Positions 1 through 14,835 of a stretch of DNA of 64,000 nucleotides are shown piece by piece. How positions within the stretch are numbered: position 1 is the first letter of the stretch; every line of letters starts with the position of its first letter. Origin of the DNA: Eledone cirrhosa. Taxonomy: Eukaryota. A program made the translations under genes and the position numbers. The notes beneath the pieces are model-generated. The model was not told the origin of the DNA, did not search any database, and saw only the letters and a program-made list of their open reading frames with translations. The DNA lies in assembly GCA_964016885.1 (NCBI GenBank), contig OZ024743.1, forward strand, positions 45,198,001-45,262,000, in the 5' to 3' direction.

Positions 1-93
1 CAGAAAACAGGAGGAGTGCTGAGCTTTGATAAGTACCAACAAGTACGAAACAGAGCTCTGTCAGCTTATCTCCCCTGTTTGCTGAAAATTGAA
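1..93 (+). CDS. Candidate host exon fragment (5' end outside window), QKTGGVLSFDKYQQVRNRALSAYLPCLLKIE
   Basis: Stop-free frame 1 in non-repetitive sequence, ending at a consensus donor GAA|GTAAGT (94-99). Product not recognised. Confidence 0.35.
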
Positions 94-180
94 GTAAGTG
101 ACATTGTCACTACTTTAAAACAATAACGTAAGGTCTTTTAATTAAGCATACAGTGTATTGCGAAATACACTATATATACA

Positions 181-260
<80 letters not shown>

Positions 261-262
<2 letters not shown>

Positions 263-1330
263 ATAAAACATGTCTATAGAATCACCAGATAAAATATATA
301 ACGTTTCCTCTCCCAATTAGCATAATTAACCATATAAAAAATCAATTAGACCAAGCTATAAGAATAAAGGCTCCTATGAAGAAATCTCCGACATATAACC
401 GAAAGCAGCCCTTCGCGGCGGTTGTGACGGAGTATTTATCGAGTATTTCGACAGCGTGTATAAATCGACCAGATATACAGTCAACTAAACAGAATTAGGT
501 GTAAAATAATCTAGAAGTTAATTATGTTAATTGGGAGAGGAAACAGTATATATTTTATCTGGTGATTCTATAGACATGTTTTATGATATATAGCTCTGAT
601 TATTTAATTTATTAATTCTTCATTGAGCCACAAAGTGACCCGTTGCAAAACACATATATATCTATGACTTTATATATGTATATGTGTATACCTTTATATG
701 TAATAATCTCCCGTTAGGTTGAGATACAATTTTGGCTGTATTGGGCTGCGCTTTCTAGCAAAAAGCCTACCAGCCGTAAGCAACTAATCACATCCTTTCT
801 AACTTGACCGCTGCCACGTCACGATTATAAGCCATTTTTTAATGTATTCTTGGCGCGATCACTTTGGAAAATTAATTGTCTAAATTTGAGCTAACTCCTG
901 AAGAATCCGAAGCTCTAGATCGGATATCTTAAAATGCGGACGAAACCATGGTAGAGGTAACTAAATATGTGCACTTTTCTTCTAGTTTATTTTACACCTA
1001 ATTCTGTTTAGTTGACTGTATATCTGGTCGATTTATACACGGTGTCGAAATACTCGATAAATACTCCGTCGCAACCGCCGCGAAGGGCTGCTTTCGCTTA
1101 TTTGTCGGAGATTTCTTCATAGGAGCCTTTATTCTTATAGCCTGGTCTAATTGATTTATTATATGGTTAATTATGCTAATTGGGAGAGGAAACAGTATAT
1201 ATTTTATCTGGTGATTCTATAGACATGTTTTATGATATATAGCTCTGATTATTTAATTTATTAATTCTTCATTGAGCCACAAAGTGACCCGTTGCAAAAC
1301 ACATATATATCTATGACTTTAAATATATAT
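261..1330. mobile_element. Non-autonomous PLE-type fold-back/partial-tandem insertion in (TA)n
   Basis: 261-517 is the reverse complement of ~979-1233. 518-671 is directly repeated at ~1166-1320. Flanked by (TA)n; HHR at 895-956. Confidence 0.8.
895..956 (+). ncRNA. Minimal type I hammerhead ribozyme motif
   Basis: ctc-CTGAAGA-(atccg...cggac)-GAAA-CCATGG-TA-gag; palindromic stem III. Confidence 0.7.
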
Positions 1331-1470
1331 ATGTGTAAACCTTTATATATATATATATATGTATATATCAGGGTTTGGGCACCATGGCCCACTCGAGCAG
1401 AGAGTTATTGTTTACGGAGGCATATCTGGGTGTAGGAGGCTTTTCCGGGATTTCTTGAAGGAATTTGCAA

Positions 1471-1544
<74 letters not shown>

Positions 1545-1604
1545 CATCATCATCATCATCATCATTTTACGTCCGCTTTTCCCTGCTTGCAAGGGTGGGA
1601 CATA

Positions 1605-1745
<141 letters not shown>

Positions 1746-3076
1746 ATAATTATATTGTGTTTATAAAGTCTTCTATATAAATAATAGTAGGACATGTAGA
1801 CAGGTTTGGGCAGGGAAATCTACAAGCACAAAATATAAACATATTTTATATTAAATTAATAGTGGTGTGGTTTATAAAGCTAGCTGAGTGGATTTGAAGA
1901 GGATTTGGTATGACATACAATGATTGTAAAAATGGAATGTTTGTAGAAAACGCTTCTGTGGGGGGAAATCCGTGTACATTATTAAATTACTGAATGTGTG
2001 TAACTAATTTGAAAATAAAATGTATCTATTATGAAATGTTTATTGATATAGGAAAAATGTATTTTATTATATAAACAATAGTTTCAGTAACCCAACAAAC
2101 ATTTCATGTGATTTAATTACTAATATTAGTAGGCGGATGTCCTCTTTAATAAAGCACCACATATTATATTCAAATAAAATTACGTTTTACTGTGTTTCAT
2201 TACTGTGGATTAGCGTAATTGTTAGAGCATCGGATAAAATGCTTCGCAGTATTTAGTGCGGTTATTTACATCCTAAGGTAACTTTGTCTTTCATGGTTTC
2301 GGGGTTAATAAATAAAATACCAGTCATCTACTGTGGTTAGTGTAATCGTCTTTCATTTTCCTGCATCTTCCCTAAATTTCTAGCCTTGTTCCTAAATTCG
2401 TAACCATTATAATAATATAACTCTCTTATGGGTAAGGGATAAACGGAAGAGATACAATTTGTGCTTGGATTTAATAACCCAAAGTATAAGAATAGAAAAC
2501 ATCAAATCTTCCAGTATAATTCTTTGTTTAGATTGAGTGAAGACACGAACATAACAAAAGAGTCTCTAGGTTAAATTTTCTATTCTTTTCCTAGGAACTA
2601 TAATGACAATAACACCTTCAAAAAAAATTTCATTAAGTATAGTTACTTTGCATGTAGAACTTTTGCAAGTTCCACTGCCATTTACAATGATAAACGAATT
2701 TCCATCATAATTAACTTACCTCGTGCAGTTACATGTAACTCAGTCAATCGTTTAATGGCCTACTCGACAGTAATTGATTGGTGAAACTAGTAATAGATAA
2801 AAGGTTAAGGTATACCCGAGCAACAATTCTAGAAAGGAGTTTAAATTAGATTGACAGAATCTAACAGTAAGATATGGATTTCTTAGCACAAGAATAATTT
2901 TATTAACATCAAAAGAAAACACGCAATTGCTTTATGAAGGAATATATGATTTTTGGGAGCGTCTTACCCTCATACTTTGACGGTTTTAGATATAGTAACA
3001 CTATCGCTAAAGAAGTTTTCAGTCGAAACTGCTATAGCAGTTGTGACTAATAGAAACGTTGCTTATTTTGTCTCAG

Positions 3077-3100
3077 GATTCTGAAGATTCAGACAATTGA
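3077..3100 (+). CDS. Possible terminal coding exon (DSEDSDN*) in phase with 1-93
   Basis: Acceptor ttattttgtctcAG at 3063-3076, phase-0 join, then AT-rich UTR-like sequence with AATAAA (~3654). Speculative. Confidence 0.2.
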   Translation, partial: DSEDSDN

Positions 3101-4366
3101 TCTTAGCTTTTATGATCCTGTAATACCTTCACGAGATACGTTTTAGTCAATTATAATCCACTTTAATGGATAATGCCAAAATCGATTAGGCAGTGTTGTA
3201 TGATGTTAGACCTTGCATCTGTTTTTACCATATATTGTTTTAAAATAGGAAAATCCTCCAGCAATAATGTTTTCGTATCTCCTTAACATCAATACCCGTA
3301 AAAATATTTTCATTATATACACTTCTTTCTTATGCATATATACATTCTTCTATTCGTTGTTATTAATGTTTTTATTACACTTCTCTTTGATACATATATA
3401 TTCTTCTATTCATTATATGTAATGACACATCCCACCCCGAATCGTCTATATCCGACTTGAACATTCCTTTTAACGATAACGGTTTCAACGAATGAGATCT
3501 AATACTTTTTCAGCAACCAATCAAAGCTTATCAAATTCAAATATCGTCTGCTTGTTATAGTGTATACACACTGGTTTTCTTGTTCCATTTATAACGTCAG
3601 TTAATCGTAAACGAGAAACACTGATTAATGAATTGCAAAGTTTTCAGCTGCCAATAAATATAATATTCTTCTAAAAGTCCACTAATTTCCAAAGGAAGAA
3701 TATAAGTTTTTCAAAACTTTCAAAATAAATTATCCTAAATTCATGCAATATAAAAGTTGGTATATTTATTTAATAGATGTGATAAATGTGATAAATGTGA
3801 TGGATTGATTCTTAAATACAAACGAAAGATGGAATTTAAAAAATAAGAATCACCGTATCATTTTATATATAAATAATCATGTGTGATCAAGCAACATATG
3901 ACAGTTTGCTTACTAGCAAATTTCTTTATACGAAAGCTTCCTTCAAATTAGTTCTGAACGCTAAACAAATAGATATTTTTAGCCAATCAAAAAATGATAT
4001 ACATAAATTGAATTATTTTCCATTAAACACGTATTCTCCATTAATCAAACAGTTTAAGATGAGACTATAAATACTATAAATAATTGACATATTTCAATGT
4101 TGGAAATGATAATTTTAGAAACAAATATCTATTGGATTAGCAGACTCGTTTGCGTTGTTTATTTTAGCTCTTTTCATAATAAACTCAAAACGGAGTTTTT
4201 AGTTCTTCTGCAACAGGCAACATAGATACCAGTCAGATACTGGAGTTTATTTAATCTACTGCCGTTCTGTACCAATATGCAATGGCTTTAATCTTTGAAG
4301 AACTATCAACTTACTAAAGGAGATGATAGAGATAGTTTCAGTTTCATTATTATTTTTGTTGTGTAA

Positions 4367-4559
4367 GGGTGGTGGATTGGCAGTATCGGTAGAGAGTCGG
4401 ACGCCATGCTTTGCAGCATAGAGTTACGGTCATTTACGGTCTGAGTTCAAATCCCACCGAGGTTAACTTTGCCTTTCATCCTTAGAGGGTCGATAAAATA
4501 AAGTACTAGTAATACACTGGGATAATTGCTGGCCTTGTGCCAAAAGTAGAAACAATTAT
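4367..4559 (+). mobile_element. tRNA-derived SINE (octopod-type; central segment resembles the Meta domain)
   Basis: A-box-like ggattggcagtatcggtaga, B box gagttcaaatccc, core aactttgcctttcatcc...ggtcgataaaataaagtac. Homologues at 14620, 14836, ~2205, ~22690, ~24900 and ~42965. Confidence 0.8.
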
Positions 4560-4793
4560 AACGTACTCCCCGACTCCATCAAGAATTAAAGGTCCGTTGA
4601 TCGATATCAGAACGGGTAAAATTTGTCAAAAAGAAACTAATATTAACATTTAAAGTATTATTTTAAATGATGGTTAATTTTTATGCAACCAGGGCTGCGT
4701 GGTTAAAGTGTTCGCTTCCCAATCACGTAATTCTGGATTTAGTATCACTGCCTGACACAAGGGAATAGACACCGTTATATATATATATATATA

Positions 4794-4923
4794 ACAGCTG
4801 TCCAAACAGCCGGAGCTCAGCTGTCGGGGTCCTGACTCTTTTCCTATTACCCACTCTAAAACACTAAGTATCGAGTATTCTAGTGCGTTATGGTCCACCT
4901 GGTTTCTTACCACACTTTCTTTG

Positions 4924-5005
<82 letters not shown>

Positions 5006-5059
5006 AGAGTCAGCGCCCCGACGGCTGAGCTCCGGCCGTTTCGACAGCTAGATCTGAAC

Positions 5060-5060
<1 letters not shown>
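4794..5060. mobile_element. Short PLE-type fold-back fragments in (TA)n, same family as 37445-37632
   Basis: 4795-4843 is inverted at 5002-5049. Shares tgcgttatggtccacctggtt and ctcagccgtcggggtc with 37445-37632. Contains only the 3' half of an HHR. Confidence 0.6.
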
Positions 5061-5124
<64 letters not shown>

Positions 5125-5209
5125 AAAGCATGTATTGAGCTAGAAACTCAAAATAGTCTCATTACAGTAAAATTAGCTCTAGGAAAAAGTTTTTTCCGAG
5201 CCCTATAAT

Positions 5210-5645
5210 ATAACAGAACAAAAAAGAAAAACGAACACAGACATATACATCTATGTGTTCAAATCGTAATGGACCAGAAACTCTAAGGTGAAAAAAATAC
5301 TAACTACAGACAATAGGGTTTGCTAGACTCAATTTAAGAATAAATCAAGAAAAATAAATACAAACCAGGATTCGAATTCTTCACCCACTGAGGAGCTATG
5401 AATTTGATATACCTCTTCACAAATAATATTGCGAAACGGTTCCATCAAATACCGTCCGGGTGATGGGTAGTTACCACAATACTGGTTTGTATTTATTTTT
5501 CTTGATTTATTCTTAAATTGAGTCTAGCAAACCCTATTGTCTGTAGTTAGTATTTTTTTCACCTTAGCGTTTCTGGTCCATTATGATTTGAACACATACA
5601 TGTATATCTCTGTGTTCGTTTTTCTTTTTTGTTCAGTTATACTAT
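5210..5645. mobile_element. Fold-back PLE-derived element with ~160-bp arms
   Basis: 5210-5368 is the reverse complement of 5482-5640. HHR lies in the spacer; (TA)n flanks. Confidence 0.8.
5381..5463 (+). ncRNA. Type I hammerhead ribozyme motif
   Basis: tcaccca-CTGAGGA-gc...gc-GAAA-cggt(loop)accg-TC-cgggtga; stems I and III are complementary. Confidence 0.75.
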
Positions 5646-5668
5646 ATATATATATATATATATATATA

Positions 5669-5892
<224 letters not shown>

Positions 5893-6432
5893 TGCGTGTG
5901 TATGTGTTTGTGTACCTGTTTATATGTGTGTGTTTATCTTCTGCAACTTAGCGTTTCGGCGAGGAAGGGACCAATAGTGTGTGTACTAGACTTGAAAAAC
6001 TAAATAGTGGAGTCGTATAATCAACTAAATCAGACCCCTGCCTCAGCATGGCCACAGTATAATGACTGGAACAAATAGAAGTGTAAACTATTAAAAAACA
6101 GTTATTAATGGTATCAAATGTTCTTGGGAGAGGATTAAATCTGCTTGGAAAATAATATGCTTTGCAATTTCTAAATTGCTTCATAATCCATTTGTCATAC
6201 CAAACTGCAATGTATGTATTCTTACAGTCATTTCGACCTTCCAGCTTGGCATGGCTTTCAGAGGCAATAAAGTCTAAGAATCTAAGAATAGGATATTCAT
6301 ATATTTCTAAACACTTCGTATCCATAGAGAATCACTACAAATTATTTTCATTTTATAAGTATATCCTGATTTATATATATATATATATATATATATACAA
6401 AATATATATATATATATTTATAGATATATACT

Positions 6433-6467
<35 letters not shown>

Positions 6468-6551
6468 ACTTGTGTATGTCTCTGTGTGTAACATATTTCG
6501 GATGAAAATAGCTTCTACATCATTATCTGTATATCCAGTAAAATCCGGGTC

Positions 6552-6596
6552 TTTCCTGATGATTTCAACCCAATGAAACAGTGAGTCATGTAGAGG
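6552..6596 (+). ncRNA. Degenerate HHR motif (family shared with 24713-24830)
   Basis: tttc-CTGATGA-tttcaacccaat-GAAA-ca...tg-TA-gagg; stem II is weak. Confidence 0.4.
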
Positions 6597-6763
6597 TTAT
6601 TTCCATCGGAAATATATTATGTACCGACTCTACTTAATATATTGAGTATATGATGGTCCCATTCTGTTAGTATCCGAAAAACACATATATCGTACTTACA
6701 TGTACACACACTCTTTTACTCACATATACACACACATTTCTTCTTAGCTTCGTACGGACGTAT

Positions 6764-6841
<78 letters not shown>

Positions 6842-7074
6842 ACACACATAAAGCACGTTCTCAAGTATAGCTCTTTTTACAACGGTCTTTTTTTTCATTT
6901 CAGGTAGACGCGCTCCATCATCCAGTTTTCTAAATAATAAATCATTCACAAAACGCCAGCACCAACAGTTTTGCAAGAGATGTGGACATGAATGAACCTG
7001 TTATTTTTATCTAAAAACATTTTTTTCTAATTCCATCCCGCCCGTCCCCTCAATCTATCTTATTTCTCATTCTT

Positions 7075-7110
7075 TCTTCTGATGAAGAACTAGCGTCCGA
7101 AACGTTAAGA
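7075..7110 (+). ncRNA. Minimal HHR motif in a PLE pLTR fragment
   Basis: tctt-CTGATGA-agaactagcgtcc-GAAACGTTA-aga; palindrome AACGTT. Confidence 0.55.
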
Positions 7111-7217
7111 CTCTCTTCCTGCTATATCAAGCGTTAACCTAATATATCCCTTCCATATACTGTACCGATTGTGTTGTTATTTCTGTTTACCTTTTACATA
7201 CATATATATATATATAT

Positions 7218-7630
7218 CACCTTGATCACCTTGACCGACCAGTCTGTCAGGCGTGCATTCGGCGCCGCTGGTCACAGTACGCTGTCCATTCCTCTCTGGA
7301 TCGTGCTTTCCTCATCCATGTAGTCCCAATCATATTCTTAAAATCGGAACTCCACCTTCGTGGAGGCCTTCCGAGTGGTCGTTTCCGCTCGCGCGGGTAC
7401 CACTCGGCAACTGCGCTGGTCCACCGATTATCGGTGAACCGGGCGACGTGTCCAGCCCATCTGAACTTGCTGTGCATATATTCCTAATGGTGGTTAGCGG
7501 TTTTGAAATAGAGGAGGTGGAAGAAAACGTCTACCTAGGACAAGAAGTGAACATGCGCCGAGACATTGAGAGGGAGATCTCGCGGAGAGTAAGGGCCGGA
7601 TGGAAGGCGTTCAACGGCATAAGGTATGTG

Positions 7631-7633
<3 letters not shown>
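7218..7633 (-). mobile_element. 5'-truncated RTE-clade LINE with 5' inversion, in (TA)n
   Basis: Minus strand 7247-7477 encodes the RTE C-terminus (KFRWAGHVAR..RW..W.PR..KRPLGRPPRRW). Plus strand ~7487-7630 encodes the upstream thumb region (IEEVEE.VYLGQ...EISRR.RAGWKAF). Confidence 0.85.
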
Positions 7634-7712
<79 letters not shown>

Positions 7713-7821
7713 CGAGTGATGCGACTTCGAGTGAGTAGCGGCCTTTAGACTCACCTGATCAATAAAATAATTGTTAATACTGTAAATAAAACCCTTTTTG
7801 TAAAGCCGACCATATATATAA

Positions 7822-9187
<1,366 letters not shown>

Positions 9188-9394
9188 GATAAATCTACCA
9201 AAAGTTTACGGTAGTGTCCAATCCGTATGAAGAACTCAATGTAATCCGGATATCATGGAAAGAAGAGATGCATTCAAAAATCACTTTCGGTGAGAGATAA
9301 ACGGAATACAGAGTCAAGATAAAATATAAAAAAAATAAAAAAAATAATGAATAAAACAATGAAACAGTTCCTTATATTAAACAAAAAAAGTTCA

Positions 9395-9539
9395 TTATTT
9401 AACGATAGTTTCTAGGACATATATGTGTTAGAATTGGCATGCATATTCAACAGATCTATGTACAAAATTATACAAAATTATACAAATTATCAAATAGAAT
9501 ATACATACCAACACATACATATGCCGCCTTCAGAAATAA
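9395..9539 (-). ncRNA. HHR motif with long stem II (degenerate core)
   Basis: Minus strand: ttattt-CTGAAGG-cggcatatgtatgtgtt...aacacatatatgtccta-GAAA-ctatcg-TT-aaataa. Confidence 0.55.
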
Positions 9540-9892
9540 TGAAATATATTTATTGATAATAACAACAATTCAAAATTACAGGACTGTTTGGGAACAGAGT
9601 TCAAATAGACCAATGAAATACACAAAAATATATCAAGAAAATACAGTTAGGTGTGTGTATATATGTAAGTAACTTCGTTCACAGATATGCATAAAAATAT
9701 ATGTTCACATGCATACGCATGTCGAAAAAATGTATGTAAATACAAAAATTCAGGGCTAATGTCTCTGTATGTTTATAATATACAGACAAAATACACATAC
9801 GTATATAAACATATATACACTCATATATACACACATATACATACATTCATACACACACACGCATATACACATAAACATACACATACCCACGA

Positions 9893-9974
<82 letters not shown>

Positions 9975-10203
9975 GTATACATTATTATTATAACTATATG
10001 GATATTAAGGCGCACACATAAACACTGCCACATATATTTACATCTAGATGCAGAACTAAAGTAGGTAAAGGGATTCAGTAATTACTTAGGGTGTCAGACA
10101 ATAGCCTATTTATAAAATGTATCTATAAATTTAGAAATAAAAAGAAATATATTAAAAAGAAATAAACAAGTAAAATATATACTCATACATAAAATACACA
10201 CCG

Positions 10204-10233
<30 letters not shown>

Positions 10234-10235
<2 letters not shown>

Positions 10236-10864
10236 AATTAAGTTAAAAATGTACATCCACATATGTATACTGAAATACTAGTATGCATATGAATACACAC
10301 ACGTGTACATATGTAGATGTACCGAGTTTTTCACTGGTCACTTTACTGTGAGTGTCCAGTTACAAACGAAACGAAATTTAATTTCGTTTCGTTATTTGTT
10401 TTTATCATCTCCGTTGAACCGGTACGTACTCACGCTCTATGCAAATTAGTCTGCCCACTACTAATTTTCATAGAAAAAGCATATAACGATATGTGCTTTT
10501 ACGATTCTCTAGAAAGGCCGGAAGAGAGGTAAATATTGCTGATGAGATGTAACAACATCGAAACTAGTCCAATATTCCTTGTCTGGCTTTCTGGAGAATA
10601 GAGGAAAGGTGTTTCCTCAAAAACCAGTATGACTCTAAAAACCGGTTTGTCTGTGTGTTTACATACAGAATAGCTGGACAGTCACAGTAAAGTGACCAGT
10701 GAAAAACTCGGTACATCTACATATGTACACGTGTGTGTATTCATATGCATACTAGTATTTCAGTATACATATGTGGATGTACATTTTTAACTTAATTGTT
10801 TAAGCGTCAGTCATACAAAAGTGAGTTACAAACGAAACGAAATTTAATTTCGTTTCGTTATTTG

Positions 10865-10870
<6 letters not shown>
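10234..10870. mobile_element. Fold-back PLE-derived element with ~118-bp arms and a 48-bp direct repeat
   Basis: 10234-10351 is the reverse complement of 10682-10799. 10358-10405 is repeated at 10824-10871. (TA)n flanks. Confidence 0.85.
10532..10576 (+). ncRNA. Perfect minimal type I hammerhead ribozyme
   Basis: aatattg-CTGATGA-gatgt(aaca)acatc-GAAA-CTAG-TC-caatatt; stems I and II are perfect; palindrome ACTAGT. Confidence 0.9.
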
Positions 10871-10906
<36 letters not shown>

Positions 10907-11317
10907 TAGATAGATAGATATAGAGAGACATATACATATACATATATAAATACATAGACACACATACATACACACATATATATATACATATACTCACAAC
11001 ACACATATATGTATATACACACATATGTACATACACATACACACATATACATATATATATACACACATATATATACATACATATATACACACATATATAC
11101 ACACACATACACGCACATATATATACACACACACACATACATATACGTATATATACATACACATACACATATCCATGTATATATATACACATACAACCAC
11201 ACGCTCACACACAACTCAGACATACATAAATAAAGAGATATACATACACACATATATATATATATATAGATATATACATACACATAAATATATATACACA
11301 CACACACACATACTCAT

Positions 11318-11377
<60 letters not shown>

Positions 11378-11521
11378 AAAGAAAGAAAGAAATACACACA
11401 GTCAGACAATTATGCACATATATAGACATACGTACACACATCTCTATAAATATATATACACATACACATACATACACACATATATATATACACATATACA
11501 TATAGACATATATATATATAT

Positions 11522-11594
<73 letters not shown>

Positions 11595-12715
11595 CATACA
11601 CATTTATTTACATGCGCACATATGTATTTTTATACTCACATACAAACACCCAAACATACATACATACTTACATACACATACATACATCCGCGCTTACAAA
11701 TACGAATAATTATAGGAGGGGGGATTAAAATTATTAGTGGGAAATAGTAAATATAGGTTTCAAGGAACATAGAATATTAATCTGCATTTAGATCATAATA
11801 TGTGTTTACATAGTAGTTTCAGTATTAGGAAATGTAAGAAAGAAGGCAAAATTATGCATTTTAATATAAGTAGACTATTAATTATAGGTTAACTAAATTA
11901 AAAATAGTTAATATATTGATTTCTAAGGTGTATACTACTTAGGTTCATAATATTTAAAGCGGAATTTTGAAGTTAAACAGTAGTAGAGTATTAACTATAG
12001 CATAACTAAATTAAAAATATTAACATTATGGTATCAAGTTTAGGAAATGAATTTAGTAATAGGGAAAACCAAATCAAGTATTTCATCGGTAGTAGAATAT
12101 AAATTATAGGTTAACTAAATTAAAAATTATATATTAATTTCTATAGTATATGTTAATTAGGTTTATAATAATTAAAGCAGATTTTGTATTTTATCTATAG
12201 TAGAATATAATTATAGGTTAACAAAAATTAAAATTAATATATATATATATATTTAATTGTAAAGAATATATTAATTAGGTATATATTTAAAAGTTTATCT
12301 CAGTTTATGATTACATGATATTCTGCAATCCATCTGTATTAGAATTTTAATATAAAGCTAACTAAATTAAAATTATAGGTTAACTAAATTAAAATTAATT
12401 TATAAATTAATTTCTAAATTGTACATTAATTAGGTTTATAATATTAAAAAGTATTTCTCTGTTATTGATTACACGATATTTTGTTATATTTCATCTGTAA
12501 AGGAATTTTAATAAAAAGTTAAATAAACTAAAATTAATCTATAAATTAATTTACAAAGTATATATTAATTATGTTAATAATATTTAAAAGTTTTTCACAA
12601 TTTATGATTACACAATATTTTTTAATCTCATATGTAGTAGAATTTTAATTAAATTAAAGTTATAGGTTAACTTCATTTAAATTAAATTATATATTAATTT
12701 CTAAAATATATATTA

Positions 12716-13015
12716 TTAATTAGGTTTATAATATTTAAATGTTTTTCTCAGTTTATGATTACACGATATAATTAATTCCTGTCGCTTATTTAATAGGATA
12801 TCCTTAGATTTCATTATTTCAAATAGTTCTTGGGAACATAATCTACATTCATTTCTATTATTTTGATAAGGGGTGGCTCTTTTGAGCACACTCCAGGTCA
12901 TATCATATTCTATATTCTTATTTCTATAACTATTAATTTTTTCTGCTAGAGATGTTGTATTAGCCAGTGCGGCATTTTTAAAACTATGTTTGTGGGTATT
13001 AAACCTTACCTTAAA

Positions 13016-13018
<3 letters not shown>
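12716..13018 (-). pseudogene. PLE GIY-YIG endonuclease C-terminal fragment (Nematis-like by motif recall)
   Basis: NFKVRFNTHKHSF..TTSLAEK..W..CRLCSQELFEI..LLNKRQELIISCNH*; 5'-truncated at (TA)n. Confidence 0.8.
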
Positions 13019-13048
<30 letters not shown>

Positions 13049-13623
13049 CGGCGATGAATTAGTTTAGCGAGGTTTTTTATATGAAATCGTGTGTCGAAAC
13101 AAATATTGTTATACTTGGGGAGGGTCATATTTGTGTAATATTGCCTGAATTAATAACAGAACACAATCACTGTTTGGTTGGTTTCCGCTTCTCGCTGTCT
13201 TTTATATCTGCAATCTAGCTTACTCGGTCCTCAATGTTGCCATTGACTGACCGACGGTCAAAAATAATACAGATACAATATAGACACAAACACATATATA
13301 TAGTTTACATAATTTACATAAATCTTTCGTTGCACATCTGCAACATCGTCAGTGGTGTTATATTTTCCTCCTGTTGTGTTGTATGTCTACGCCATTTTTT
13401 ATTCAGTCTGTCGATATATTTATTTATTTATTTGCTTGTTTGTTTCTTTTATTTTGTCTTCTTTGCGCATGCGTTTGCGTGTGTGTATAGTGTTATGTTT
13501 GCTGTGTGACTAGTGTGTATAGTGTTATGTTTGCTGGGTGACTAGTGTGTGTTTATGTGCTTGTTGTTATTGTGCTTGTGTATGTATTTATTTATCTTAT
13601 TTTATTTACTTATTTATACTTCT

Positions 13624-13703
13624 CTTAGGTCAGTGTTGTTTGTTTGGGTGTTGTTGTTATATAACAACAACACCCAAACAAACAACACCAACACTGACCT
13701 AAG
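13624..13703. repeat. Near-perfect ~80-bp palindrome
   Basis: tcttaggtcagtgttg...gttgttat|ataacaac...caacactgacctaaga. Confidence 0.8.
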
Positions 13704-13790
13704 AGATTAATAATCTCATTTACACAGACAAGAAAACTATATATTCTCGCCTGTCTTCTAGTCCAGCATTCGCAGAGCAATGGGAGGGAT

Positions 13791-13830
13791 CGTCCTGACG
13801 ATGGCCAGTCAAGCCTGAAATGCATAGACG
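13791..13830 (+). ncRNA. Minimal HHR motif
   Basis: cgtc-CTGACGA-tggc(cagtcaa)gcct-GAAA-TGCA-TA-gacg; palindrome ATGCAT. Confidence 0.75.
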
Positions 13831-13932
13831 GTTGTCACCCTTGCTTCTGCTGGGCAACACCAGAGGGCGTTAGCCACCCAGGTGTTCGCATAGCTATGGC
13901 TTCCTAAAATCGTATTTCTTTCGAAATACGAA

Positions 13933-13981
<49 letters not shown>

Positions 13982-14095
13982 CACATACACAATATATCAT
14001 CATGATTATCCAACCTATACACATATATATATTTTGCTGGCATACATACATATGTGTTTGTGGGTGTGTGTAGGTGTGCGTGTGTGCGTGTGTGC

Positions 14096-14196
<101 letters not shown>

Positions 14197-14619
14197 CATG
14201 TGTGTCAGTGAGTATGTATATCAGTGTCTGTGTGTTTTTATGTATGTGTCTGTACAGAAATGTTGCATTTAATTTGGATCTTTTACCATGTTTGGACATC
14301 TCGTTATTGTATGTTGCTGGCATATATATTACATCTGAGATGGATCTATAATTTGGTATTCCATTTGGAATTGGTCTATCTTTGGAGGCCAACGTTTTAT
14401 ATCTGGCTTGGGTTTCATACCGGATATACTACAATCGTCGGGAGTCTACATAGTACACCAGGTTTGGGTTAGTTCCCTATTTTTTTACCCTACATGTTAC
14501 ATCCAGCCTGGGCCTATAGTACATCCGGCCCGGGCCTATAGTCAGCTTTGGTAGTTTATATATTACATTTGACCAAGGTCTATTAACAGGCTTATAAGTA
14601 TACGTTATTTCACACCAGC

Positions 14620-14808
14620 GCAGTGGATTGGCAGTATCGGTAGAGAGCTGGACACCATGCTTTGCAGGATAGAGTTACAACACTTTGTGGTCTGAGTTCA
14701 AATCACGCTGAGGTTAACTTTGCCTTTCATCCTTACGGGGTCGATAAAATAAAGCACCAGTAATACACTGGTATAATTGCTGGCCTTGTGCGAAAAGTAG
14801 AAACAACT
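14620..14808 (+). mobile_element. tRNA-derived SINE with TSD-like flanks
   Basis: Homologous to 4367-4559; flanked by tatttcacaccag / tatttcacaactag. Confidence 0.8.
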
Positions 14809-14835
14809 ATTTCACAACTAGTCTGCGCTTTCAAA

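Larger units (their letters stand above)
9186..13020 (-). mobile_element. 5'-truncated PLE: GIY-YIG C-terminus, long microsatellite-rich 3' UTR and HHR; interrupted by nested insertion 10234-10870
   Basis: Same layout as 35320-36830 (EN end, AT-rich UTR, CA/TA tracts, long-stem HHR, shared tccggattac...atctac terminus). Continuity across the UTR is inferred. Confidence 0.55.

Noticed and set aside
13858-13870. CTCF-like motif caccagagggcg
   Set aside because: A single short match inside a repeat fragment, with no supporting evidence.
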